Source of the DNA: Oikopleura dioica
Lineage: Eukaryota; Animalia; Chordata
Direction of reading: 5' to 3'
Assembly (NCBI GenBank): GCA_907165135.1
Contig: OU015569.1
Span: 6,448,001-6,512,000 of the forward strand
Length of the DNA stretch: 64,000 bases
Each line of letters starts with the position of its first letter. The first letter of the stretch is position 1. This document shows, piece after piece, positions 32,706 through 44,616 of this stretch. Under the pieces are notes generated by a model. That model was not told where the DNA came from. It was given only the letters and a program-made list of their open reading frames with translations, and searched no databases. Both the position numbers and the translations under genes were made by a program.

Positions 32706-33726
32706 ATGGCGAAATCCGGCGAGGATCTCATTCGGGGTTATGAGAGTCTTGACGACGAATGCGAGGAAATGCTGAGCCTCGCGAAACGAATTCAGAGCTT
32801 CAGGAGCTGGCCGTTCGGCGAGCAGTTGTGTAAGTGTTACTTTCAACGACGTTGCAAGTAACAAATTTACGTTTAGCTCCTGACAAAATGGCAAAAGCTG
32901 GCTGGTACCAGACGGGTCCTCTTTGCTGCCGTCATGTGATTTTAACGAAAGAACTTGACGGCTGGGATGGCACAGAGGATCCTGTCAATGAGATCGTCAA
33001 GAGGAAATCTGCGCTTACGACATGCAAATGGTCGCCTGGAATAAAATCACTTAGCATTCCAGATAATGAGATCCTCGTTGGTACACGATATCGTCTCCTG
33101 CAGCTCCAGAAAATATGTGAGTTCTCTTCTCCAAGAATGATTATCAAAAGCGCTTTTAGGCTTTCGGGAGGAAACCATTGCCAACCTCTCAGAATGGCAT
33201 GTGGAACGAAAAGCACAGCTGATGGAGGATCTTCGCAAGAAATATCCAGTTGAGGAAGACGCCGAACATCAGATTGCGATTTTTGAGAGTACCATCGGAC
33301 GAAATATGCGCGAGCAACTCGAGGGGATTCAAAACAACTTAGAGGCGATGAAGAAACACTTTTCAGTCAAGTTCAGAACGAAGAAAAACGCGCCCAAGAT
33401 AAAATTCCAGGGAAAAGCAGAGGACCATGATATCCCGTTGGCAGCATTGGCCGATAAAAAGTGGATTGATGTCGTCGCAAATGCAGATGAAAACGAGCCT
33501 CCAGCGGACTCTCTTCCAAAGGTAAAGTCGCGTTTTCCTTTTTAAATCTTATAAGACTTTTGTATAGCCTCTCTCCGGAAGCAAATCTCGCCAATCGATG
33601 CTTGTCTCAGCGAACCCGCATGCGCAGCCACCGTCTGCCCGTAAAGCACAAAAGGAGAAGAGCCAATTCTCCCGCAATACATCTGGTTACCCTTCCATTC
33701 CAGAGTTCGCTTCTATTCCCGAGTAA
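32706..33726 (+). CDS. Survivin-like BIR protein with a borealin-like C-terminal helix (candidate fusion)
   Basis: Exons 32706-32829, 32877-33116, 33160-33530 (possible 45-nt intron 33366-33410) and about 33568-33726 join in frame. BIR motifs RIQSFRSWPF, PDKMAKAGW and KELDGWDGTEDPVNE. Confidence 0.8.
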
Positions 33727-35803
33727 TGACTCTTCTCTACTCTCCTTTCTTAGTCCTAAAATTCGACACTGCTCTTGTCTTCGACACTCTTATCATTCCA
33801 ACCTAGCAAACATACTCATATCTCCCGTCATACTGAAACAAATAAAATGAATCTCATTGGATATTGTGTCTCGAGGTGACATTTATCATTCCAAAGTCAT
33901 GTCGTATTTGTTCGTAAATCAAGAAGGCATTTTGCAGAAAAGAGATTTTTAGGGGATAATACTCAGATTTAAGGACCGAGCTTCCATTTGATGGAAAGTT
34001 GTAAATTAATTTTCGGCTTTGGGGTGATGGATTTGAGCAGGCCCAAGGGAGGCGGAGGAGATCAGGATCGAAGTTTCGCGACCGAGGCTCTCATTAATCA
34101 AAAACAAGTGTGAGTACAGAAGCCACATACGTGCCAGATTGTTGCCGAAAAGGTCACTCGATACAGGCGCACGATCATCGAATTTTCGATATTCTGTCCA
34201 TCCTACCTAAAATTTATCTTGATCCTAAAGTCCTCCATATGCTGGTCTCTTTAAATCTAGTTGAACGATACTCGTCGACTTCATTGGCAACAAAAAATGA
34301 ATTAAATTACGATGAATTTTTCGAAAAAAAGAGCTACTTATTCTTCAAAAGTTAAATTAAAAAATAAAGTACCTGGAGATGGTAAAAACCAATTGTCGAA
34401 TGAAACCGGAGGCTAAGAAGTGATTTTGTATTTGTGAGTGGGCTTGCTTTTCACATTGAAGTAATGTGTTGATGCATGTAAGGAGTGCTTTAAAGATCAA
34501 GCAGCGGTGTGCAGGTTGATCAGGCAGATGTTGCTCGCTTCAAGGGTAGACTCTTAAAGGCTTGTTGCCAGCGAGGGGTCCCAACACCTTACCCGATTAG
34601 CTAATCCGATATCGACAACATAGATCTGACTTTGCTTTCGTCGACTTTCCACTCCTCCTTACACAAATCTGAACATAATTCCTGCATGATCTTCGGCCCC
34701 AAGATACAGATACTCGTTCGAAATAGAACAAAATGAATTGGGTTTAAAAGTTTTAAGGTGTACCTTCTATTACACAGTAGGAAAGCATTCGGACTTTATT
34801 GGCGCACCTTCCTTTTGAGGTGAAGGTGCTGCATGGATGGCAATTGATTTTCGCCCCGTGCGACTTTTATCACTCGTCGGGAGAGCCTTTTGATCTCTGT
34901 ACTCGATCGCAAGTTCGATAATAAATAAAACAGACTATAAATATTTACAACTGCATGAATGGATCAGAAAATAACAACGACAGAAATACCCCTCTACTAT
35001 TTTTGCAGACGATACAAGTTTATTGTAAAATTAAAAACAAAATATATTATCATCAACAATCATAACGAAATTTGGAGAAGTATACTCAAATATAAATTAT
35101 AGGCTATAATTTAATGCCTTGCCTCTAGGCCCTAGAAGTTATAGCCTATAACGTATATCATTCAAGATCTGTTGATACGTTTAGAACAGAGTGAAAATAA
35201 AGAAGGTTTTAAATATCATCCATGCTTTCCTAGGTTAAATATTGCCGTAGAGAGTATTGTATCATTATGGTGTAAACAGTTATTCGATCTATAATAGAAG
35301 TTATATAACTAGGCTTCTTAATATTTGTAGATCATAGTATCAAAGTCTAACGAGAATACCGCGAGGGCGCAAGAGTTCCCTTGCGTACGCGTGCGCGTGC
35401 CCAAGTCTCGCCGCAACAGCGCCAGCGCTACCACAGCCATATCAGGCTTCTGCTCATCCCTTCTGTGAAGCACTCACCTGTGTGTGACCCTTCTTCAAAG
35501 CTCCTTGAGACACAAACAAAAATATAATTAACTTTGGAAACTACTCTTGAGAATTGATTTTTTCTGGATTTACGAAGTTCCTCTAAATAGAGAAAGACCA
35601 GAAAAAGGCGCATAAAACTTCGACAGGTGCGAATTCGTGGGAATAGTCTGCTCTAACTTGCTGGCAGATATCACGTTGTGGAAGACCACCCGAGACGGCC
35701 TTCTTCCAACCGTTACTCGTATCTTCTTCCCTCTTTCCAAGCAGACGTTTACCTCTTCAAAACATCACAAAACAACCTCGGAAGTATTCGCAAAAAAACT
35801 CTA

Positions 35804-38283
35804 ATGGAAGCAAAGAGAGATTTGACTCCACTTTATGCGATTCTTCAAGGAAAAGAAACAGAGGCCGTTGAACCTGCAAGATCGCAATCTCTTGGCGAAG
35901 TTTTTGATCATGGTAAGGCATTCCTGATCGAACTATTTAAGTTTGCGTATTTTTACGCCCAATGCTTACTAGCCTAATACATTTTTAATTTATAAACTTT
36001 GTGGTTATGCCGCAAATATGATACTTCCTTGCCGCCAAGGACACACTTGGTCATACATGCGTTTTTCCTATTGAATAGGCCATTTGAACAAAAAGTTATC
36101 TGTGATTCTTTAGTGATGCATTGCAGTAGCTGTTGCCGACCAATTCTCGATAGATATGTTTTTCAAGTGGGCCCATACCAATCTTATCATCAGCATTGTC
36201 TCAAATGTTTGGACTGCGGTCTGCAGCTCACTGAAAAATGCTTCTTCAAAGACGACCATCTCTTATGTCGAACGGATTTTTACAAGTAAGTGGCTTATCA
36301 TTTTCCTTCTAAGCTCTAACTTGGCCAAGTTTTCTTCACTTTTTTCTCGCTGGTATTTGTTCATTTTCGTAATTAAGGAGATATGGGAACAAATGTGCCG
36401 CATGTAACGAAGGAATTGAGCCATCAGAAGTGATAAGAAAAGCGGGCGACCATTCATATCATCTTGAATGTTTTCATTGTGCTGTGTGCGATCGTCGATT
36501 CGAAACAGGCGATCACTTCTTCCTTCTTGAAGACAAGCGACTAGTCTGCAAAGAAGATTACGAGGACGCAAAAATGAGAGGTAATAAGAGAACTTCGAGT
36601 AGAATGCGTCATTGGGGATACCACGGGTCAAGTTTAAAGAGGAGAAAAAGCAGATGCATGTTAACAGAGGGCGATCAAAGAGATCGATTAGAATTGGTGC
36701 TCACACTCCTTGGGCAGGTTCCTTTGCGCATTTTGCAAATGCTCTCAGTGTGTTCGATTTGGCGCGCCTTAGCAACAACCAGCTGAGGATAATACTGCAG
36801 CTAAGCCGCGCCCAAGCCGCCAAAACATGTAACAAACGCCCGGATCATTCCTTTGGAGTCTGAGATTTATAAACCATTTTAGAAATTAAAATAGAACCAC
36901 AAATAACCGAGCTACATTTTAAGCGTTTTTTTCATATAAATTGCTCTCAGGAAGTCAGAGTATGAAGCTTTTAAAATAAAGGGTGGCCTTAAACGTCGTA
37001 AAATTGTTGGAAGTGTGGCACAAAACGTCCAAACTTGCCTAAAATGTTGACAACGTTTCCGGGCACACTTGCAACAACTGGACGACGTTTTAGGCCACCT
37101 CCTATTTTAGCTGGAAATAGACCACTTATAAGTCTGACGATTTTATCAAAGTCAAATCGATGGACATGATTTTTAAAACTTGTAAAGCTTTCCATATGGT
37201 TGTATCCAAATAAATTTGCAAATTTCGGCTTTCTAAATGATCAATACCAGGGAGATCGATGCTTCTGGTACAGCCCTGATTGATTAACTTCACGGCAAAG
37301 GTCCTCTGTGATCCATAAATCCGGCCATATATCCCATTGTGGAAGAACGAGCCAAAGTGAGTTTTAACGATGATTCAATATTCGCGCGAGGAACAATTTT
37401 TACGGGTCAGCATGGATCAACCCTTTTACCGGCCTCAGGCCTCTTTGAGACTCATTAACAATCGTGCTTCTGTAATTAAGACTTGTAAAACTAAATTTAC
37501 TTAGAAGGACAAGACGACGGAAATATTAAAAGGCCACGCACAACGATCACTGCCAAGCAACTGGACGTGCTAAAACAAGCATACCAACAATCAAGTAAAC
37601 CTGCAAGACATGTTCGCGAATCGGTAAAACAAAAATGATACATTCTATCTAACCAAGAATCCAGCTAAGCACGGAAACAGGACTGGACATGCGAGTAGTG
37701 CAAGTTTGGTTTCAGAACAGACGTGCCAAAGAAAAAAGATTGAAGAAAGAAGCAGGAAGACAGAGAAACTGGGTAAGAGTCTGATCCGGGCAAAGGACAA
37801 ATTTTGACGAATACGGTTTTCTATTTATCTGTCAGTTGTCTCAGTTGACGGATTTGAGAAAAAGGATGAGCTGGAGATCGCGAGCTCATTTAAGAACGAT
37901 TGAGCTTAATCTTAATCGTCGCTCAAAAAGTTCCAGCTGATGCGGACTCTTAGACGAATCACTGACTGCGGCTGCCAGATAAATTGAACGAATTCTCTCG
38001 CAAGCAAAATGCTTTCTAACATGTTTATTTCAGAACAATACTCCGAAAACTCAAAGAGCAGAAGAACCACTGTCACCAGCAGACTCTCTTGATCAAACAA
38101 TAATATCGCCAAATATTTCCTTCAGTCCAGAAACAAGCGGTAATCCTTCCTTGATAGATTTCATTTGCCATAATTTGCGTTCAAGGATACGACATGTACG
38201 AGTCCTATTCGACTGGTTACGAGAACACGCATCCTGAAGATTGCTATGACCCTAACGTAACCTGGAACGAGTTCAAAATATAA
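35804..38283 (+). CDS. LHX3: LIM-homeobox transcription factor Lhx3/4
   Basis: Two LIM domains ([14 protein letters not shown]; [14 protein letters not shown]) and the homeodomain [12 protein letters not shown]...[36 protein letters not shown]. Confidence 0.93.
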
Positions 38284-38569
38284 TTCTCGATCAGTAAATT
38301 ACACAATTACACTCAGATCTCACTTCGCTTAGCCAGTTTCCCGAAATTGCACAGAACCGTCCAGTTTACCAAATACTTATTATATATCAATAAAAATCGC
38401 TTGATGATCAAATTGGCGTACTTTGAGTTCGATATTTTAATTTATTCTATCGCACAAGCAGATTTATCAAAACAAGAAAAGGAGAAATAATAGTTGATGG
38501 GCTTTTGGCTTTTTTGGTGAAAAGCTCGAAAAGGTCGGTTGCAGTCAGTAACAATGCAAGCAAGTCGGA

Positions 38570-39925
38570 GCTAGTCTTCGTCAGATTCCTGCGCGTGAAA
38601 TTCACGCATCAGATCAATAACGTTAGGCATGTCTTTGTCTTCACGACCTGAAATCAGAGCTCAGAAAAGTATAACTACTGTGCAAGCCTGACCTTGGACC
38701 CAAGCGCTCTTTGATATTTCTCCAGCAGCGATTCTGGTGGCTGGGTCGACCTAGAAACACCATTTATTCCATCTGTTCGAATCGCACTTTCTCTACCTTC
38801 AGCATATTTTGAACCAGGTCGATGGCTTTTTGGGAATAGCCTACGAACTTGCTGCTGCTGTAGTCGAAATTCGCCACTTTGATGCGTTCTATCAAATCGA
38901 CTTCCGTCACCGCGTTCGGAAACGGAAAACATCCGGTCATAATTCTATACGAAATTATCCCTAAACTTCAAAACTAGATTATGGAGGTGATTCTAGTGAG
39001 CTAAACGCCACCTCCAAATGTCACACTGCAGCGAGTACGAGTGACGGAGCAAAATTTCTGGAGCCATGTAGAGCGGAGTTCCACATGTCGACTCTTGAAA
39101 TTCCTGGCCAGATATAACTGCCAATCCAAAGTCTAGCATAAACCAGTTACAGCCATAAATAGTCGTAATCTTACCTGTTATTCTAATCTCGATATCGAAC
39201 TGACTTTGTGGAGAGCGTACGACAAGGATATTCTCACACTTGAGGTCTCGGTGGATGATCCCTTTCTTGTGCAGATAGTACAAGGCTTCAGCTGCCTGGC
39301 GGATGATATTCTTCCCTGCGGTAGCCACAGTTATTGTTTAAATGTGTTTGTGCGCTTCTACAAAAAGTGGAGCTTAAGTTTAAGTGTTTGTGTGGCTTCC
39401 AGGGTGCCTGACATTGGGTTTCTGGCAGCTTTTTGTCGTCTTGTTGATTCAAGTAGTTTCCAAGGTGCGTGTCGCACTTCTCTTGCACTAGATACATCGT
39501 CGAGCTCGTTTCCAAAACGTGGAGCAGCTCGATAATGTACGCGTGTCCGATTGTTTTAAGGATTTGAACCTCGCGCTCAAGAAGAATCACCTCCGCATTC
39601 CCAGCCTAGCAAAAACTTCACTGTCTCGTAGAGGGTCGATTTGGAATATATATTATATACCTTATACGCTTTGTTAGGATTTTTACCTTTGCCTTGTCGA
39701 CTTTTTTGATCGCAACGAGTTTCTGGTCCTCGGCGAACGCTTCGATCACTTTTTCTGGGTAAAAATCAAGTCTTTCGTTATAAAGCTTTGAGTACTTCGC
39801 GATTTTTCCCACTCTTAGGCTGTTCCAAAAGCTCCTTTTCCCAAAATGTTTCCAGTAAGAGTGTAGAAGCGGCCCAGGTCATCCTCACTGTCGACACGGG
39901 TGTGCGGCGTTTTATCTGTTTTTGG
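38570..39925 (-). CDS. STK33: Serine/threonine kinase 33-like (first exon unresolved)
   Basis: PHTRVD..LGKGAFG, VAIKKVDK, LLEREVQILK, HRDLKCENIL, TDFGLAV, TCGTPLYMAPE, YSLQCDIW and a C-terminal PNVIDLMREF. Confidence 0.85.
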
Positions 39926-42333
39926 TTTTCAAAAACGGTCTTGCTGAGCAGATCGCGTTCTAATATCTCTAGTAAACTTGAAACCCAAATCATTTCCTAG
40001 CTCGGGGTCCAGTAATCGGCCTAGCATCTCACGTTCTATTTCATTTCTCTCCTTCTAATGAAAACGGTTAGACTTCTTCTCCAGAAAGAATGGGCCCGCT
40101 CCAAGTGAGGGAGCTCAAAAGGTGAGTGGCAACTTTTTTTTAATTTTTTTTTTGTCGGCTGAATTTCGTTTAGGTGGAGAGGCTGCTTAGTTCAGGGGAG
40201 ACTCGCTGAAATCGCTGGCCTGTTGCTAAATCGAACAAAACGATGCCGCCTGAACGGGATCTATTGTGTCGTCCTGTTCAGGTAATTCTACTCTCCATCA
40301 TAGAACCAGAGTCATAGCTCTTCCAGGCACCTCTCGCTTTGTTTTAATTCTAGCCCGAGCAATTAATCACTCGACAGCTTTGATTATACAGCGCTTCATA
40401 AAACTAATTTTTATCAAATTCAAGCACGATTTTACAGAATAATATTTAACGCGCCTAAGCTATCAGAAGGCTTCTCTAAATTCACTGAGCCTTTGGCATA
40501 CAGAAAGTAAACGTAATAATTGTTACCTTTATTAATAATTTAACTCCGGAAACCAAATTTATTTTCCCCTTCGTCTTCGAACAAGCTATATCTCTTCTAG
40601 AAAAACAGTCTTATACTTTGATCACAACCATTCAAAAATAAGAAGAAACACGTACAAATCGGAGTATTCTTCTATGTCTTCCTCGAGGGCCGTGGTATTC
40701 CAGAATGCTAATTTTCAGAGTTTTTTTCTTTTTCAATTATTATGGCTTAGACAATTACGACTCTAAATATTTGTATTGGGTAACCAGTCCCCCGCTGTTT
40801 GCTCTGCACTTCCCTTGAGGGAAAAATAGCAGAACACTTCAAGCTGCGATTAGCCGCATGTTCAGGTGGAGCCCAATTTCCGCCCCGGCCAGAGGGAAAC
40901 AGTTCTAGTTCTCCCTCTCCAGAGACACTGCACTAATTCAGCTAAAACACTGGATCCCGGGTAAAGTGCAAAAACGCCTGCTTCGGAAACACGCAAGGCC
41001 ATGGAATCTAAATAACGTTAGCGTGTGTAAATTTGCATTCGGCTGGGAGCAATGTTCAAGCTTGCCCGCGTCGCGTGTATTTTTGTCACGCTTTTCATTC
41101 CTTCAATTGTAAGTAAAACGGGAGAGAGTCTCGTCGAAGGCGATTATTCGCCCAGATCGTGCTTGGCAACCGTAAGTTGAAATGGTTTTGCAAATATTAT
41201 GTGATGTGTATCTTGATATTACCGTTCGTCTTTACATTACCATGGCGCAGACAATGCCAGGTTAATATTTGCTTTAATCGGTTCGTGACGAGCGCGATTT
41301 CTTTTTCCGAAAAAGCCAAAGGCCTACGCGCCCGCTCCCAGAACAGCCATTTTTTAATTCGGAATTTTTTTTATTTTTCGGTTTTTTAGCCGGCGCCAAC
41401 GGGTGCCATCAGCAAAAGCGCCCAAAAATAAAAGAGAGAGAGAGACAGAGATAATTTCGTTATTCGTCCATTTTTTTACTGTGACAGTAACTGAGTCAAT
41501 GCGGCGAGGCAAGATGCTGGCATTGCTGCCACTTCGCGAAATTCGCGCCTTCGGCAGCTCGACCGCATTTGCTCCAATGCATTTGATAACGCTCGACAAA
41601 TTCAAAGCCCAAACTAGTCCTGCTTCGTCTACTGCTGATCTTTAACTTGCAAGTTGCAACTCGTAATTGCAGTCATGGGCGAAGAAATAATAGCGTTCTT
41701 CAATCGCCGCAATTCGTGATTTCTAAGTTGCTTTTTCGTTGTTTTCGTTTTTTAAAAAGAGATTTTCGAAAAGAAAAAAAAAGAAGCGCAAAGACAAAAT
41801 TGCCAAAAATAGCGATTTTATTTTATTTGAACATTTAACATGCAAGAAAATAAGAAAGCAAAAGTGTCGAAGAAATGCCAATTACGGAAAACAATAAGCG
41901 ACCAGGAAAATTACGGAAATTATAAAAGTGGAAAAAATAAAGTTGCTGCTCAGAGTATGAAAATGAAAACAGTCAAAACGACAAGATGACGAAATGCATA
42001 AAATACGAAATAATACGAAATAAGTAGAAAAACGAGGGAAAAGAAACGGATAACTTCATTTGCGTCAAAATAAACTTAATAAGTTCATTCAATAAAAAAG
42101 AAATAGAAAAAATAACATAAAAGCGACTGAAAAAGACATTTTGAAATCAAACCCATAGATAAATCATTAAAAAAATTGGTAACGAGAATTGAAATATAAA
42201 GAGAAGATTGCTTCGCTGAAAGGTGGTTCTGCGGGACGTTATTTTTCGTCTACTTCAGAGAGCAAACGAATTCCAACGAGTGCGGGTTTCTTGTTGCGCT
42301 GTTTTCAGTTTCCTAAGGGTGCTCAATCGGCAG

Positions 42334-42850
42334 CTAATAATTGCTTACTGTAGTACTCAACAAGATCTTGCGGAAACTCGCCTTAGAATTGGATGAGTCG
42401 TCCTCCGGTCTCTTGACAATGGGAACAGGGAACGACGGCGCTCTGCGGAAGTTGACATTATTCGCCTTTCGCCCCAAATGTTCCTCTATTATCGACACGG
42501 CTGTTGACGACGCAACCGTTGTTGAAAACACTTGTTCGCCGTTTTGCGTTGTCAAAATCGCCGGCGACACAAGGGAAACATTTTCTTTCACTTTAATGGT
42601 GTTCGAAAAGAATTACTTTCAAAATCAAAATTGTAAAAAGTTGTCGAACCTTGGCTGTTGGCATCAGAGTGCTCCGGAACTGATGCCGCTGGTCCACATC
42701 GTGATGAAAATTACCGAGAATAACTGAAGCACTTCGGTAAGTAAAAGTGTTATGTATACAGATCATTACCTGTGGTGACAAGGAGAAGAACAAGTGCAGA
42801 AAAGACGACCACAATAATTGTGTTCTTTGGCCTAAAAGGATCTTTGCTAA
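42334..42850 (-). CDS. Possible type II single-pass membrane protein (partial model)
   Basis: TM-like NTIIVVVFSALVLLLVTTVIL spanning a GT-AG intron, followed by ORF 42334-42591. Ends unresolved. Confidence 0.3.
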
Positions 42851-43279
42851 AAGCTCAATCCAGCATAGTTGAAGTATTAGCGAAGAACCTCTTCCTAGCA
42901 CTCATTTTTTTTTATCTCTTGTTTGGCATTTGCACGGAACCTCTTCGCGTCCGTCGCTTTTATTTCGACTTTTTCGCCGATAAGAAACAATGGGACCAGA
43001 CGGCTGTATGTCTCAGATCAACAAGCAGCAGCGCCACTCTAATCGAATTCTTTCAACCTAGGCGTGTTTCTCTTGCTCTCTGTTCCACTTTACAAAAGGT
43101 CTCAAGAAAAGGACAAGAAGAGCGATGGACGTTGACAGAATCAAAATTTTTGTTATCAAAGAAGAATAAAAAATATTTGTGATAGTACTTCTTGTTTAAG
43201 TTGCTCTCTATAAAATTCAATTTGAGATAAAAACAAACTATAGAAGGTCAGAAACAGTATTTATTAGTGAGAAGGTAGT

Positions 43280-44340
43280 TCAAACTTCAGTACATCCACA
43301 TTCCGGACACTGTCTGGCATTGAATCCCTCATTGGAGTATGTGTCGAAAGTCGCTTTAGCTAAATGTCCAGTTGTTGGCCAGTTTGGTCCCTTTTCTCCA
43401 TGCTAGAAAATAAGAGGTTTCATCATGGGAAGGCTACATATTATACCTCATTGCACCAGCCTTCTTTTCCATATGCAACACATGTGTCACCGCTGCTGTC
43501 TTCCCAGTTTTCTGGATTAGCCTAATCACAACAGAAATATTTGCTAAAAAGGTTGACTCTACCATGCAGCGTCTGCACATTCCATTTGAGCAATCTTCTG
43601 TCCGACGAAGATCTCGACATCTCGCAAGAAGGGTTACGTATATCTTGCCTATTGCGGATCTGTGCTTTCTCACAGACATTTTCGCGATCAAATGATAACC
43701 CTTTCCCACAGAAGTTATCGTCTTTGCAGACCTAGAAAAGCCACATTGTTTTTGAGAACATAGAAAATTGTTTTGACGCTAACCTTCAGACGGAATCTTG
43801 TGCAATCCGAAGAGCATGAGGACCATTCATTCCACGGACTCAATCGAGTCCATTTTTCATCAATTTTTTATAATTTTTCGGAGAACTATTTTTTAAATTG
43901 TGGACAATCCTTCTATTGCGCCTTATTTTTGTGTTGCATGCACGGACCTCTTTCTGGCTCTCCTCGTGGCAAATATCTTCCTTCGCACAAAACCGGACCC
44001 TTGTTTGACTACCTTCTTCACAAGATTTGTCACAGGCAGTCCATGTGCTCCAGTCTCCCTAATACTCTAAATTTTAGCGAAGAATGTTTTCCTTTCTACC
44101 ATGATAGGATAAATTCTATCTCCAACTCGAGTGTTCTCTTCATTAGTTATTTCTTGCTGGCACTCAGGATCATTGAATTGCTAAAGTTAAAAATATTTTT
44201 GAATCAAGGCGGTAAATGCTTTTTCTCACCCAGTATTCGTCCGAACAATCAACTTCGTAATCGTAAAACACGTCCGGAGTTCTTCCTCTAACTTCTAGCC
44301 CCGCGCTAACAAGCGGCACAGAAAATAAGAAAAGAAGCAT
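43280..44340 (-). CDS. Small secreted protein with two TSP1 repeats and a C-terminal Cys-rich module
   Basis: Signal MLLFLFSVPLVSAG, GDWSTWTACDKSCEEGSQTRVRFC, SPWNEWSSCSSDC, then WEDSSGDTCVAYGKEGWC...NARQCPECGC. Confidence 0.7.
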
Positions 44341-44616
44341 GGAATTGTTTGACTGTCTTGTCTTATTAAAAAAGAAAGTTATTCATAACCGTTTTTCTGT
44401 ATTTGTTTGTTCATCAAGACAAACAAATAGAATTGACCACGAATGTAAATTCAAACGAAAGGCAGAACATTTATTATCGTTGAGTTTATTATTGCGTGTT
44501 ACTATTTTACAGAAAATGAGCAGAAATTTGTTCAGAAATTGAATTGATGGAAACGTTCGAATGTCGGATAACAGCTATCTTTTACTTTACCCTTCGCGGT
44601 TGCGGCTTCTCGTTTC

